Made by a program: the position numbers and the translations under genes
From: Selaginella moellendorffii
Taxonomy: Eukaryota > Plantae > Lycopodiophyta
Assembly: GCF_000143415.4 (NCBI RefSeq)
Contig: NW_003314295.1
Span: 1,057,038 to 1,121,037, forward strand
Reading direction: 5' to 3'
Length of the DNA stretch: 64,000 nucleotides
The notes under the pieces: model-generated
Databases searched by the model: none
The model's input: only the letters and a program-made list of their open reading frames with translations
Told to the model about the DNA's origin: nothing
Shown: piece by piece, positions 1 to 18,398 of the stretch
Layout: each line of letters starts with the position of its first letter
Position numbering within the stretch: the stretch's first letter is position 1

Positions 1-501
1 CAAGTCGCTCGATCAATGTCGAGCGAATGATCTTATAGAGGATCGATCGATGTGTTCCAATCCGTGCTTTCCTTTAGTACTCTTTTTGATGTGTTCTTCT
101 CAGACTTGGCAAGAAGAGTTGCAATACATATGTATCAGAATCTCGGAAGAAATCGATAACACAACTAAGCATTATTTGTATGAGCATGCATATTGTCTTG
201 TACTCGACGGCTACGATGGCCTCACCTTAAACCCAATTCAAACTGGACGTATAGGATTTGCTGCAAAGATTTACAAAAGTGATGGATATATGGTAGCACA
301 AGCTCTAGGGCTTCAATTGGATATGGCGGCAATCTGATTTGCATCGATTGAGCAGCGGACACATTGAGATCGCGGTTCATCTTTTGGGTAGGGCATGGAT
401 GCGGGAATTACGCGGTAGAGAAGAACAGGGTCCAAGAAGTAACACACCAATGCGCAGTTAAAAAGAGAGCAAATTGTAGGGTTTTTGTGAGCGCCGGCTC
501 A

Positions 502-3500
502 ATGGCAGCGATGATGGCGGTGCCTCCCGAGGCCCGCGAGCGCGCCGTGGCGCTCCTCCACGACGCCCAATTGCATCCCGACGCCGCGGCCAAGCTCGAT
601 TCTCTCCGGGAGCTCAGGGAGCTGGCGCTTCACAGGGAGCCGCGGCTTCTCCCGGAGCTCCTGCCCGTGCTGCTGGAGCTGCGCAACGATCGCGCCAGCG
701 CCATCCGCAACTTTCTTGTCGAGTGAGTTCCTCCTCTCCTGACCTAATCTAGCCGCGCGGCTCACAATGTAGGGTGATCTTTCTTGCTCCCAGGATCATC
801 GAGGAGGTCGGGCTCAGGCAAGTGGAGTATGTTCCGGTGATGATGCCAGTGCTCTTGACATTGCTCCGGGGCGAGCCGGCCTTTGCTCGGCGTGCTATCA
901 CTGCTGGTACCAATTTGTTTCGCCACACCTTGGAGTATGTCTTGTTGAAGGTATGGCTCCTGTTCTTGGTGAAACAGAAGAAGAGTTTCTGATGGTTTCT
1001 TGTGCTATTCTTTTTTCAGGGAATTTATACGAGGCAAGTGGATAAGTTCATGCAAGATTCTTGGATTTCAGTTCTTCAGTTCAAGGAGTTTGTGTATCCC
1101 TTTGCTCAGCAGGTATGGGAAGAAACGAGAGGTGTGTCTTGCGTTTTTCTGAAGTAAGTTTTTGTACTAGCATGGCAACGACGGGGTACGTTTGCACGCT
1201 GTGAAGTTTATCGAGACTGTGATTTTGCTCTTCACTCCAGACCCTAGTGGTCCTTCGCAGCCACCGCTACCTGATCGACTCGATGGTAGTACACATATTG
1301 AAATGTCGCAGTTACGGATTTTTTCTGGTGTTTTCGTTTCAGGAACGTCAAAAGGGATAAATGTGTCTTGGATAGTGTCTGGCCATCCACTCTTAGATGC
1401 CACAGCCATGGGTCAAGAGGCGAGCAAATCGTTGGGATTGTTGCTGAACCAGCTGCGGCAACCTGACGTTTCGGCTCTTCCGGGTCCCGTCGCCATTGTC
1501 ATCGTGAATAGGTACTTTAGTTTTCAAGCTTTCAAAACGTCAATTGAGTGGATTCTTATTTGGGAAGGGAATGAGCAGCTTGGCAGCCATTGCGAAACGA
1601 AGACCGTCGTTTTACGGACGCATCCTTCCTGTGTTACTTTCACTGGGACCAAGTTGTGAAGCGATCAAAGGTGGTCAAGTGGCCAGCGTGGTTACTGCCT
1701 TGAAGAATGCCTTTGTCCAGCTTCTAAAATGCACGTATCCTGCGGCAGCACCGGTATGCAGTTTTTATTGTCACTTCTTCCTTTGTAACTTCGTTATTCT
1801 TGGCAGTGGCGCGATCGTCTCACTTCGGCACTGCGCCAGATGAATGCCGGAGACGTTGCAGACTTGGCAGTCGAGAGAAGCAGCAGGGGTGGCGAGAGAG
1901 AGTCGAGAGAGTCGAGTTCCCGCTCCAACCGAGTAAAAGTGCCGAATAAGCCATTTCTTTTTCCTCCTGTAACGATGTGTGTATTTGTAGGAAGAGAGAC
2001 AGGATCCACGAAACAAGAGACCCCCACCGCAAGAAAATGGCAATGACGAAGAAAGCTATGGAAAACGCTTGCGGACTACTCCGCCGCCCCCGGTTCAGCA
2101 GCATTTTCACCCGGATGCACCCGGATACGCGAATGGAGCGGGTCTACCTCCCATACAGCAGATGATACAGATGTTTGAGGCACTTGCGGCCAAAGGAGAA
2201 ATCGCTTCGATCGATTTGCTCATGTCGAGGCTCCCTCCCGATACTCTGGCTGATGTCGTGATTGTCAACATGCAAAACCTTCCACCGTCTGTTCCGGCGG
2301 ACTTCATGGACAAGCCGCAGCTATTGCCGCCGCCTCCGCCGCCGCCACCTATCGAGCCCGTGGCTATGGATGGCAGGCGAGATCCACGAAGGGTGAGAAT
2401 GACTCTTTGCTACTTGATACTAAATCTCTACTTTTTTTTCTTTGGTGTAGGATCCCCGCCGTATGGATCCCCGTATGGATCCCCGTCGCTTACCATCACC
2501 AGGTCCTCCAATGGTGATACCAAAGCAGGAGGACTTACAGCAGCCAGGAGTGCCTCCTGTTTTCAGAACTGTGAAGGCAGAGCCCGTGTCTCCGCCTGTA
2601 ATGAACAGCAGGGATCCAAGAGCTTCCTTGAAAGCTACGTCCGTGAAAATGGAACCGACGTTTACGCACGTAAAGTCAGAGCCGGACGAGGATATGGGGA
2701 TTCGGACCATCTCAACGATGTATGGTGCACTGTATCCTTCTAGTGATGCCCTTGACGATAGACAAGAAGCAGGAGCTTCCGGGGCTGGTTTGTCCAGCTT
2801 CCTTCCTGTGGTGACGTTAAGTAATGAGCAACGGGCGACTCTTGGAAACTCTGCGTTGACACGCATATTAGAAGGAAGCAAAGCAGTCTCGGCCGCTGGG
2901 GGTGGTGGTTTGAGGATCGCGTTATTAGCGCGTCTGACTGCGCAGGCAAGTATTTCGTATTTCGTGAAAACTGTTGTAAACTAATCTACTTTTTTCCTTC
3001 AGTCGGCTGAGGCTTTGAATACTTTACAAAAGCACATACTTGCGGACTATGCGAATCATATGGTACGTAAGTGCAGATAAAAGTGATTGTAGTCACGTCT
3101 ATGTCTTTCAGGGTCATGAACTTGCGCTACACGTTTTCTATGAACTGTACCTGATGCACATAGCTGGTGGAGATAGTATAGAGAAATACGAAAACTTTTT
3201 TGTATCTTTGGTAAGCTTATATTCATGCAAGAAATTTGACAACGTTGTCTTCAAACAGAGCCAGGGGTTGAAAGATTCGCTACCTCCGTCAGACAAGTCT
3301 TTGAGCAAGCTGTTGTGCGAGATCCCGTTGTTTCCGGAGGGAGCATTTGCGCTCTTAGAAAGTCTTTGTAATCCGATCAATGAGCCCAATGGTGATCGCG
3401 TTACACAGGGCTTAAGCGCTTTGTGGAGTCTCATCTTGCAACGTCCGGCAGTTCGGGAGAGGTGTTTAAATATGGCTTTAGAGGTATTTTGTTTTTGGTG

Positions 3501-5544
3501 TTTTGGCCTGGAAGCGTCCGTGACCATCGTTTTCATTTTGCAGTGCGCTGTTCACGAGGTCGATGACGCTCGAACAAAGGCCATTCGTTTGGTAAGCTTC
3601 CAAGTAAATATCATGTCACGAATTGAACTTTGGGTGCCTTCAGGTTGCAAATAAACTGTACCCTGTGACCTTCATTTCACAAAAAATTGAAGAGTTTGCC
3701 ACTAAAATGCTATTATCTGTTGTAAATGTCGGAGGACATAATGTAGACAGTGAAGCTCAGGAACGGAGCACGCTACAGGTGCTTCTGTTTTTTTGTAAAC
3801 ATGACTGGAATCTTAAAGGTGCTGTGTCTTTCGTAACAGGAAGTTGCTCCCGGCGATCAAGAAGCGAATGCAGCCGACGGCGGGGGAACCAAAGCGGAAG
3901 CCCAACGTTGTATGTCACTTTATTTTGCTCTTTGTACCAAGGTCAGTTATTTCATGTCCAGTGTCTGTTTATTACATGTAAACTTACCTGCAGAAACATG
4001 CTCTTTTGGGCGAGCTATTCAATGTATACGATCGAGCACCAAAGCCAGTTAAGCAAGCAATTCATCGGCAAATACCTGTTCTAGTCCGGACGGTCGGACA
4101 ATCTTCCCCAGAACTACTAAGTATCATCTCCGCTCCTCCACAGGGCTGCGAAAACTTGTTACTACAGGTAATGGATGACTCGCCGATCATGGCTGGCATT
4201 TTTTACGTTTTGCATGAATAGGTCCTACATGTTTTGACTGAAGGAACCACACCATCGCCGGAACTTATCAAAACGATAAAACAGCTCCACGAGACCAGGA
4301 TAAAGGTGACTGTCTGGAAATCAATCAGCTAGTTAAATATGTTCTTGTGCAGGACGCGGTATTTCTGATTCCAATCTTGTCGTCACTTTCAAAAGAAGAG
4401 GTTTGCTTGTGGCGAAGTTTTGTATCGCAAATTACTGACTGGGAAATGGTTCAGGTTCTTCCAATTTTTCCGCGATTGGTTGATCTACCACCGGACAAGT
4501 TTCAAGTTGCACTGGCGCGTATCTTGCAGGTAGGCTGTAGCGATTGATTGGCTTGGTTGGCATTTCATAAGCGTTGGAAATGGCAGGGCTCTGCGCACAC
4601 AGGTCCTGCTTTGACACCTGCCGAAGTGCTCATTGCTCTTCACGGTATAGATCAGCAACGTGATGCAGTTCCTTTGAAGAAGGTATTTGTTTCTTTTCTC
4701 CACCAGGAAGGTTACATATCTATGATTTTCAGGTCACGGAAGCTTGCTCGGCATGCTTGCAACAGCGAAATGTCTTCAATCAGGACGTTTTAGCGAAAGT
4801 CTTGAATCAGTTGGTAAGGCCTCTGGTTCGTATCTTCCATTACGTAACATTTTGGAAACTTGATCAGGTGGAACAAACACCTCTTCCAAAGCTGTTCATG
4901 CGAACTGTCATTCAAGCTGTTGGAACGTTTCGGTCTTTGGTATGGTTTTCCATGCGTTTACGTCATTGCCTGAAAATCTTCTACGTCCCGACAGGTGGGT
5001 TTCGTCATGGATATTCTACTCAGACTTGTCAACAAGCAGGTACTTCTCTCGCGTTCCTTCGCCTTCTTCTTCGAACGTGTTTAATTTAGTTTTCTTACTG
5101 GCATATCGCGTTCCCAGATCTGGAAGACTCCTCAATTATGGGTTGGATTCCTCAAGTGCGCGAGCGAAACCACACCGCATTCCTTTCGTGTCTTGCTACA
5201 GGTACTACTGTTATCACTCGCAATTGTAAATAACACGCTGATTCTTTTATTACGTGAAGCTTCCAACCGCGCAGCTCGAGAACGCTCTCGTGAAGCATCC
5301 AACGTTGAAAACGCCGTTGGCCGCGCATGCGAGCCAGCCGGGTGTCCGGTCCTCTGTTCCCAGGTAAGAAAAGGAAAAAATCTTCTCTTTTTGGTTTAAA
5401 CTTTCGATCTAGACTTTCGGTCTAACTTTTGTCGGTGTGTCTCGAAGGTCGTCGCTGGTATTGCTTGGAGTGATCCAGGACGACGTAACAGCGGTCGAGG
5501 CGGCTAGTGCGCCATCATCGTCAGGGAATGCTCCACAACAGTGA
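502..5544 (+). CDS. Symplekin / ESP4-like pre-mRNA 3'-end processing scaffold (multi-exon)
   Basis: Spliced exons give symplekin N-terminal motifs (RLHAVKFIETVILLFTPDP, LAAIAKRRPSFYGRILPVLL), a DPRRDPRR repeat, and the C-terminal Symplekin_C region (VEQTPLPKLFMRTVIQA). ATG at 502, TGA at 5542-5544. Short GT-AG introns plus one GC-AG intron (2946-3002). Confidence 0.9.
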
Positions 5545-5772
5545 AAGGGAGGACACGCTCGTTCACACGCACACGGACTTCAAACCAGGCACTCAATTTT
5601 GTTGATAAAATCTTTAATGCGAATATACTACGTCCCATCCAGCCGTGCGTATCCGACGGCGGTCAGCGGCCGTGCATTAAATATCTGCCATTAGGGCATG
5701 GCGCCAGGCTGACCTGGCAACGTGTTTTTTTGCCCTTTCCACCAAAATATATATTTTCTGATACCCCTTTTG

Positions 5773-5795
5773 TAGGGTTAGGGTTTCTAGGGTTT
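5773..5795. promoter_or_regulatory. Telo-box (TAGGGTTT/AAACCCTA) cluster upstream of the PP2C gene
   Basis: tagggttagggtttctagggttt about 180 bp upstream of the ATG. Similar telo-boxes lie near other gene starts (about 10031, 10053, 12486, 13396, 18188-18208, 31668, 37381, 40569). Confidence 0.6.
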
Positions 5796-5975
5796 GCGTG
5801 ACGAAGACGAGTAGCAGCGAGTAGCGAAGCAGCAGTAGCGCGGACGAGCAGTGAACAGCGAGCACTGAGGAGTGATTTCTCTGCGCAGCGGTGCAGGGAT
5901 TGTGAATCGAGCGATCAATTGGATTGCAAGTCTGGCTCATACCGAGCAGCGATCGGTGGCGCATTCGATCGAGCT

Positions 5976-7414
5976 ATGGCGGCAGGGGCAGACATATCAC
6001 AGCCTGTGGGGGCGCTGGAGCAGCTCCCTGCTGGAGGAGGGGCGGCCGGCGCATCCAGCGATCCCATTGCGAAGCCGCCCAAGCCGGTGTACACGGCCAC
6101 AATTACAGCGTGCCTGACGGCCACTACCACCACTACCACCGCCAGTGTGGGGAGCGCCGGGGCGGGATCTACGGTTTGCAAGTGCGTGAGCACGGTGAGG
6201 TTAGCTATGTCGGAAGTGGTAAGTTTCTCTCGAGCAAATGGGTCTATGGTTTCTTAGAATTGCCGCTCTTTGGTTTTTTCCTTCTTTGCGGCTTGCTCGT
6301 AAGGTGGAGGAGACTTCTGACCAGAAGGAGGAGGAGATCGCCATCTTCGTGCCGATGATCCGGTCTGGGGAATGGACTGATATTGGGGGGCGGGGACTTA
6401 TGGAAGACGCGCATGTTAGAGTGGACGATTTGGGGCCTATGGGCGATGCTTCTGGGGCGTTCTATGGAGTGAGTTTCTTCGCTTTCGTTTGTTCTTGCTA
6501 TTCGGTGTGCTCATTTTCCTTGGTTTTGTTTTCTGGGATGTAGGTGTTTGATGGTCACTGTGGCAAAGATGCCGCACTGTTCGTAAGGGAGCACCTCCTT
6601 GGATACATTCTGAGAGACGTGTCCTTCCCTGCGTGCTTGGAGGATGCTGTACGTCATGGCTTTTATCAGACAGACCACGCGTTCGCTGAGGCCTGCCTTC
6701 TAGACGAGCAGCTGCAATCTGGAACCACTGCTCTCACTGCTTTCGTGATTGGAAGGTTCGCCGCGTTTTTTTCCTTTTTCTTTTCTCTCCAGAGGCTTCC
6801 AGATGTTTAGTTCCTGACACGCGTACCACTTTTCTTTTTGTTTTTTTTCTTCTTTTCTTCCTGGCAGGAGACTTCTAGTTGCGAATGTGGGCGACTCCAG
6901 AGCTGTGCTGTCAAGACGAGGCAAGGCCGTGGAGATGTCACGGGACCACAAGCCGGTGGTGGAGCGGACAAGGATAGAAGCCTTGGGTGGCTTCGTCGAC
7001 GATGGCTACCTCAACGGCCAGCTCGCGGTGGCCCGAGCTCTGGGGGACTGGCATATGAAGGACTTGAAGGTCGGGGGTCCGCTCATCTCGGAGCCGGAGC
7101 TCCGCCAGGCCATCCTCACCGAGGAGGACGAGTTCCTCATCATCGGCTGCGACGGGCTTTGGGACGTTTTCACGAGCCAGAACGCCATCGATCTGGCCAG
7201 GAAGGAGCTGCAGCAGCACAACGATCCGGACCTGTGCTCCAAGCAGCTGGTGGCGGAGGCGCTGCGGCGCAACACGAGCGACAACTTGACGGTGGTGACG
7301 GTGTGCTTCCACGCCGACTGCCCGCCCCGGCTCTCGTCGGACACGAGAATACGCAGGAGCTTCTCGGCCGAGGGGTTGAAAAGCGTCCAGGATTTTTTAA
7401 ACAGGTGCTCTTGA
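5976..7414 (+). CDS. Protein phosphatase 2C (probably clade G)
   Basis: Motifs [56 protein letters not shown] and SDNLTVV over 4 exons. Confidence 0.93.
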
Positions 7415-7840
7415 GCCGGGGGGATAATGATGACAACCATGAAGAACAGGAGAACAGGGTGATAGAATTTCTCTTTTTTTTTTCTCTCGAGCTAGAAGAG
7501 ATGGAGGAGATAGAAGAACAGGAGGACAGGACGGGGAGGGACACTAACATACTTGAGGCAAACATGTATCATAGTTTCGAAGGTAGCATAGGGGGGAGAC
7601 TGGGAGTTTTTTCTTCTTTTTGGTTTCTACTACAATGGCTGATTTTTGGGGGAATAAGCGAGACAAGGGAGGAGCTCTTGGAGACGAAGAAAAAAAAAAG
7701 ATTGCCTCTTGTGTTGCGAGGAAGGAAGACTATGATTCTTGGGACGCATGGAAGCGGGATTGTCCTCAATAAAATGCGATGATTTTATACTTATAGAGCA
7801 TACGTCTTACATACCGTGCAACGTCGCGAGAAATGTTTTA

Positions 7841-9921
<2,081 letters not shown>

Positions 9922-10063
9922 GCATTCTAACCCTAGTTCTTCGCTTGACGTGGTCCAATCACTGCCCTAGAAGAGATTGCTTTGTCTTAAAAGTGCTCGG
10001 CATTTAAAGATTTGCCACGTCAGTGATAATTAGGGTTTGGGAATATTTCGGCTAGGGTTTAGC

Positions 10064-12455
<2,392 letters not shown>

Positions 12456-12525
12456 AGGATTTTTAAAAGAGCTAGCATATTCGCCTAGGGTTTATCGGGC
12501 ATCCTAGGGTTCTTGTGGAGGCGCG

Positions 12526-12935
12526 ATGGCGATGTCGACGTTCGTGATGACGCTGGCGGCGATCGGCGCCGCGTACGTGATGATGCGAGGCGACGTGGTG
12601 AAGTCCTCGGCGGTGCTGCGCAGGAATCTCAAGCAAGTCAAGACATGGCTGGAGGAGGATCTCCCTCACGAATCCTCCCAGGCTGCGAGGTAAGCCCGCC
12701 CTTCCCCCGATCGCAGCAAATTTCGATCATCCATCGCCTCTTTCGTCCCAATCCCGGGCATTCCAGTGATTCTTGGTAGCTCTTTCTTCGCAGGAGCATT
12801 GACGTCAAGCCCAAGCACATAGAAGAGCGGCCGATTTCGTCCATGCCAGTCGATCCACAGCCGCATTCTCACCAGCAGCCGCAGCCGCAGCAGCAAGCAA
12901 ATCCCCCAGATCAACAGAAGCAACAGCAAATGTGA
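12526..12935 (+). CDS. Small (~100 aa) two-exon protein: N-terminal hydrophobic helix, amphipathic helix, Q/P-rich tail; not in the ORF track
   Basis: Exon 1 12526-12689 MAMSTFVMTLAAIGAAYVMMRGDVVKSSAVLRRNLKQVKTWLEEDL..., donor AG|gtaagc, acceptor tcgcag|G. Exon 2 continues in frame to TGA at 12933-12935. Telo-boxes just upstream. Confidence 0.75.
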
Positions 12936-13648
12936 GAGACCGATTTTAGGGTTCTTCGCTATCAACGGCTCAGATAATAAGAATCACCGCCGTCCGCGTG
13001 TCCACGTGGACGACATCACTGGCTTATCGCAATCCATAGTGACAGGAGTGGTAATCGCGTCGCCACCTAAATCCAATCCGGATGGAGCGTCTCGCCGCCA
13101 TAGCCCGAATCAAATACTGCCATTCACATTCTGCCACGTGGTAGGAATATCCACAAGTGTTCCGCCAGCTAGGCTCGGCATTTTTTATACGTCGACCACA
13201 CAAACCCTCCTTTAAATTTTCCCTTCCTCTCCTTTTTTCGCCCTTTCTCTTCCGGCAAGAACTGAGATGTGCGTCTAGCGCCTTATCTTCTTCTTCTCTT
13301 ATCCGATTGGTTCTTCCATCTTGAAATATCTCTCGTCCTCTAGATTTCTTGACCCTCCATTGTCGGCGGTGGACGCATTGTAGCGCAGCACGAGCTAGGG
13401 TTTGCGTATCCGGTTTCGCGGTCGCGGATTTCTTCTCTAGGGCTCAGTGAGAACAATCCGTGAGGATTGTCAGCGCTACTGTAGATTTCTACGCCGCAAC
13501 CGCACTGCGCGGCGCCACTGTTGGAGGGGCGAGCTAAGCATCCAGGTACTTGAGAGAGATTCGCAGCTTTAAGGTCAATCCGGCGGGCAATGTGATGACG
13601 AGGAGGAGCTCGGCTTTCTGGATTTAAGCGAAGAAGAAGAGGAAGAAG

Positions 13649-15263
13649 ATGGAGGAATTGGATAGCAAGGGCAATTTCTCCGTCCTGGGGAAGCCCGTGG
13701 TTCTGGAAACAATGGCAGATCTACTGGCCGCGATGATGCCAATTTGGGTCGCCATTGCGTTTGGCATCGTGTTGGGCTGGTCGTGGAAGCCTCGCTGGGC
13801 AAGCTTCCTCGTGTTTGGGCTGAGGAGCCGGACGAGGCTGCTGTGGAGCACGCCGCCAGGGCTGGGAGCGAGGCGGCTGTGGCTGGCCATCACGGCGGTC
13901 ACAGCTTGCTCGATGCTCAAGGAACTTTGGCTGAAATTCAGCGCCTGGAGGTGGCCCAGGACGGATTTTTCTGGCAAGGAGACGCAGTCAAGGTACTTCG
14001 GCTTGTTCCTTCTTTTCTTTCTCATAGCGAAGTTTTGTTGTTCCATCAGTTCATCTCCGGGTGACCAACAACAAGCCAACTGTGCCGTCTCCGACGAAGA
14101 TTTGAGAAAGTTTTTGCTGTTGCTCGAAGAGCGCGATGGAGGGCCGGCGTGGCAGATGATGATGGACCGTTCCACGACAGGCATGGCTTACCAAGCTTGG
14201 CGACGCGACCCTTCCGTAAGTGATTTCTCTTGGCTTTCTCTTTTCGTTTGTCTGATGTTCTTTCTTTCCTTGTCTCTAGAATGGCCCGACGCAATACAAG
14301 AGCAGAACCGTCATTGAGGGCATCACGCCGCAGCTCATGAGAGATTTTTTTTGGGACGACGAGTTCCGAGTGGAGTGGGACGATATGCTTCTCTCCGCGA
14401 AGACGCTCGACGAGTGTCCCGAGACCGGATACATGCTAGTACACTGGGTTAGAAAGGTACGGAAATCTCCTCGACTCGGGTGCCACAACTCAAACTTCTG
14501 CCATGCAGTTCCCATTTTTTTGTAAAGACCGTGAGTACACGATTGGGAGGCGCATTTGGGAGCACGGCAACACATACTACTGTTTACAAATGGTAAGCAT
14601 CATTTACCCATGGCAGCGTCGCTCACTCGCCAGCTTTGTTTTGTGGTTAACAGGGTGTCGAAACAGACAAGGTTCCCCGCAAAAACAAGCCACGACGTGT
14701 AGACGTGTTCTACTCGAGTTTCCGGATCCGTGCAGGTATAAAGTGGTAGTTTTTCTTCTTCTTTTTGTTTTGTATGACTCATGGACGTGTCATTCCTTGA
14801 ATTGGCAGTGGAGTCCCGGAAGGGCGATTCCCAGCTGACCGCGTGCGAGGTGCTGCTGTTCCACTCGGAAGAGATGGGAATCCAAAAAGATCTGGCGAAG
14901 CTAGGCGTCAGGCAGGGAATGTGGGGATGCGTCAAGGGCATGGAGCCTGGCGCTCACAGCTACTTGGCCTCCCGCAAGAGCGCCAAGCCCCTGTCGCGGC
15001 CGGCGCTCATGGCACAGATCACCACCAAGGTTCCGGCGTCCGTGTTTCGAGAGCTCGGGATCGCCGACACGACGCTGGAAGTCCAAGCCGGCAGCGGCAG
15101 TGCCGTGGAGGAGGTGTCGGCCGAGAACAAGAAAAACGTTTGGAGATGGATCATCCTGGGTGGCGCGGTGGCGCTGGCCTGCGGCGTGGACAGGGGCGCG
15201 GTGGGCAAGGTGTTACTGTTTGGGATCGCGAGGAGGCTGGGAAGGCTTGGGAGGAAGCTATAG
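13649..15263 (+). CDS. START-domain (lipid-binding) protein with N-terminal TM segment
   Basis: PIWVAIAFGIVLGWSWKPRW, ARRLWLA, YQAWRRDP, RDFFWDDEFR, WVRKFPFFCKDREYTIGRRIW, LAKLGVRQGMWGCVK; C-terminal WIILGGAVALACGVD. Confidence 0.9.
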
Positions 15264-15757
15264 GAGATGTGGAGAAGCGAGCGAGCGAGTGAGCGAGCGA
15301 CACACAGCATGGGCGATGGGTATTATCTTTTCTTCTTATCACAGCTTTGTTCTTCGTTGTCTCGAAGGCTGGAGGAATAAGTCGATTCATCAATCCAATG
15401 AGTCCAGCTGCATTGCATGGTTCTTTGAGATGAGATTCTTTTTTTTTTCTTATGATGAACACGAGAGGAATAATCTACTGCTACTTTTTTTTCCATAGAG
15501 GAATGGGCAATGGTTCTTTAGAGTCTAGACTTTTTTCCTCTCGCCTATCTATCCATCTCGATGAGGAAGAAAAGTAAAAAAGATGATTTTTTTTCTTGTA
15601 AAGAAAGGAAATTGGTCCTTGTTGGACTTTTTCCTTCCCAAAGTTACAAAGAAAAAATTTAAAAATTTGATCCGGTTTACAGCATGAAAAAGAAAAGAAC
15701 AAGCAAGCTTTTTTTCTTCTTTTTTGTGTTCTCGCTGGAAATGGTGTAGCTTCCATA

Positions 15758-17451
15758 CTAGCTAAGAGTGGAGGAGGTGGGAAGAGGCATCGTCCTCGTC
15801 GGCGGAGGAGCACCCATGGAAGCTGTCGACGAAGAATTTCTCTTCAAATCAATCACCACCACAGTGATGTTGTCTTTGCTCCCATTGTGCAAGGCGACCT
15901 TGAGGAGGAGCGAGGCTGCCGTGCCACACGGGGAGTCGTCCTCGTCTTCACAGCTGGTGGAAGTTCGCGAGATATTTGACGTTGCTCGGCGGGGGGGGCG
16001 GCGGCTCGAGAGGCACTTTCGAGCTATGTCGCAAGCGGCCTCGTTCGTGACCTTGTCCCACAGCCCGTCACTCGCCAGAATGAGGCACTCATCGTTGTCA
16101 TGCCGAGGCAGGCACGTCACTTCCGGGTTTGCAATAAGGAACGGAGTCATGAATTGGTCGCCTGTCACCAAAGGAAGAAACAAGAAAAGGCCACGGCTCC
16201 GGTGTTAAAAAGCAAGCGAGGAAAGAAAAACAGGGACGCGAGACTTATCAAGAGACTCACCTATCGATCGTGACATTGCAAGAATTCCCAAAATCCGGGG
16301 GATGTCCCAGTTGATCACTTGGCCCCCGGCAGCCTCCACTCGAGCAAACTCGTCCGGTCTGCTAGGCTGTGGAGGAGGAAGACACAAACAAACATTCGCG
16401 TCAAAGTTCTTATGAAAGAAGAGAAGAACTTTACCTTGTGATCGACCGTGAGGGGGATGGCTCTTCCGCCACGGGACAGCACGGCCCGGCAGTCTCCACA
16501 GTTTGCGACCACGATCTGGCTGCAGCCAACCACGGCCACCACGGCGGTGGAGCCGACGGTCTCTGGAATCTGGACGTCGCAGCCGTTTCCTGCGCAGTTG
16601 CTGCAAGCGTCGCCGCCGCAGCTGGGCCTCCGGACTTGCTCGTCCACCTTGAGGAAGCAGCCGGTCATGACCTCCTCCCACAGCTTCTCCGGATCACTGG
16701 TCTCCTCTTGCCTATGTCTGTTCATCTCGTCCACGAGAACGCGGTGGAGCCGGTCTCGACAATATGCTGCGGCCTGAGAAGATCCAACAAAAACACGCGA
16801 AGTTAGTAAGCTCGCGGCACAGGAAACAAAAGGAAGCTTTGGAAATCCCAGACTAACCTGTGATCCACCGTGACCATCGTAAACTCCAAAGAAATGGTAG
16901 CTCGACGAGGAAGAAGTTGACGCTCCCGAGCAGCCATTGAGGCTGCAAGGCAAGCTCAGGAAATCCGGCTCGGTGGCGACAGTGTCCTCCATCTCTCGCC
17001 TCCTCCCGCAAACTGACACTGTTCCATACGGCGGACAGGAGCTCTGGCCCAACGAGCAGCAACACCCAAGGTTGGGCAAATCCTCGGAGCTCACAGAGCT
17101 CGAGGAGGAGCTCGAGAGCAAAGATGGTAGCATGTCCTCGCTACATTTTCGCTCCTCCTCCTCCTTGCTTTGCTGCTGCTGCTGCTGCTCTTGCCCCTGC
17201 TGCTGCTGCTTGTGTTCTACCACCTCCTCCTCGCTCTTCATCTCCTTGCACAAACCTCCTCCTCCCTGGAAGTTAATCCTCGAGCGCTTGAACAATCCAT
17301 TCCCCGAATTGGCCAGAATCCTGATGCGTCTAATCTCGATACGCTTCCTCCTCAGCGCGCTTGCCGCGCTCTCGCAAGGAAGAACGTCCACGCCCACGCC
17401 CTTACATGGGCATGCGTCGTCCGTGCTTTTGGAAGGAGCCAGTGCGTCCAT
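15758..17451 (-). CDS. Clade A protein phosphatase 2C (ABA co-receptor type, PP2CA/HAI-like)
   Basis: [12 protein letters not shown]-terminal motif, [51 protein letters not shown] with the clade A Trp, [28 protein letters not shown]. Confidence 0.93.
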
Positions 17452-18053
17452 ATGTCCACCACCCGCAAAAGCTGTAGCTCTTGGAGCGCGCTAGAGATGC
17501 CGAGTGCCGAAAAGCCCCCTGTGTGCTACCAGCTAGCCAGCAAGAAGAGATCCCAGCTACGATTGATGGAGCATTTTCCCCTCTCGAATTTCCCCCAACC
17601 TGTGAGCTCCAGCGCCCGGCCGAGCAGCGATTAATTGCCAGATCCAACAGAAACCCCAGGAATATCGACGAGGATTTCTTACCATGGATCATGCGAGTGC
17701 CAAACAAGAAAAGCAAGGCAATCTTCCCTCGATTTCTCCCGATTTCTCGGAGCCGCGCGCTGGCCGCTGCTGGGAGAATCTCCGCCGGGCGCTCGATCGC
17801 GTCCCTTGCTCGCTCGCGCTCGACCTAGGTGAGCGCTCAAGCTCTCGCACTCGCTCTCTATTTTTTCGTTCGTCTCTCTCTCCTCTCCCCGACTCAGAAA
17901 AAATGGGACGGGAGAAAGGGGCAGCGCGGGCAGGAGGGGCAGGGCGGGCAGCGGGCAGGCCTGAGTAGGGCACCTGCCTTTTCATATGCGAGCCACGGTC
18001 TGCCCGGTCTGCCCTCGGCACATGGCAGCATCTGGGGCGTCCATCGCAGCAAA

Positions 18054-18064
18054 CACGTGGCGCG
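18054..18064. promoter_or_regulatory. ABRE/G-box (CACGTGGC) upstream of the clade A PP2C
   Basis: aaacacgtggcgcg about 600 bp upstream of the PP2C ATG; clade A PP2Cs are typically ABA-inducible. Confidence 0.45.
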
Positions 18065-18398
18065 AAGCCTGGTGATGGGCGATTCACATGGTAATTTTGC
18101 GAGCACATGGCAAACCTTTTTTATTGCCCATCATTCACTTCTTTTCTCAACCATCGAACACGTTGCGTTTTTTGAATTTGTAGACGCTAGGGTTTATGCC
18201 TAGGGTTTACACATCTCTCTCGAAATTTCAGCCTCTCCGGGCGGAATCCTCGATCGAGGGGCTGGCGCTGGCGTTTGTTAGCGGATCGAGCTGGAATGCG
18301 CGTCGCTTCTCCACGCTGGGATAGTTTTTCTCGGGATTTGCCGGAATTTCGGTCGAGAGGCTGGCTGTGGGAGCATCGCGAAGAGCTGAGCGTTCTTG

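Noticed and set aside
50-337. 95-aa ORF upstream of symplekin
   Set aside because: No recognisable domain; cannot tell from a chance ORF or a fragment at the window edge.
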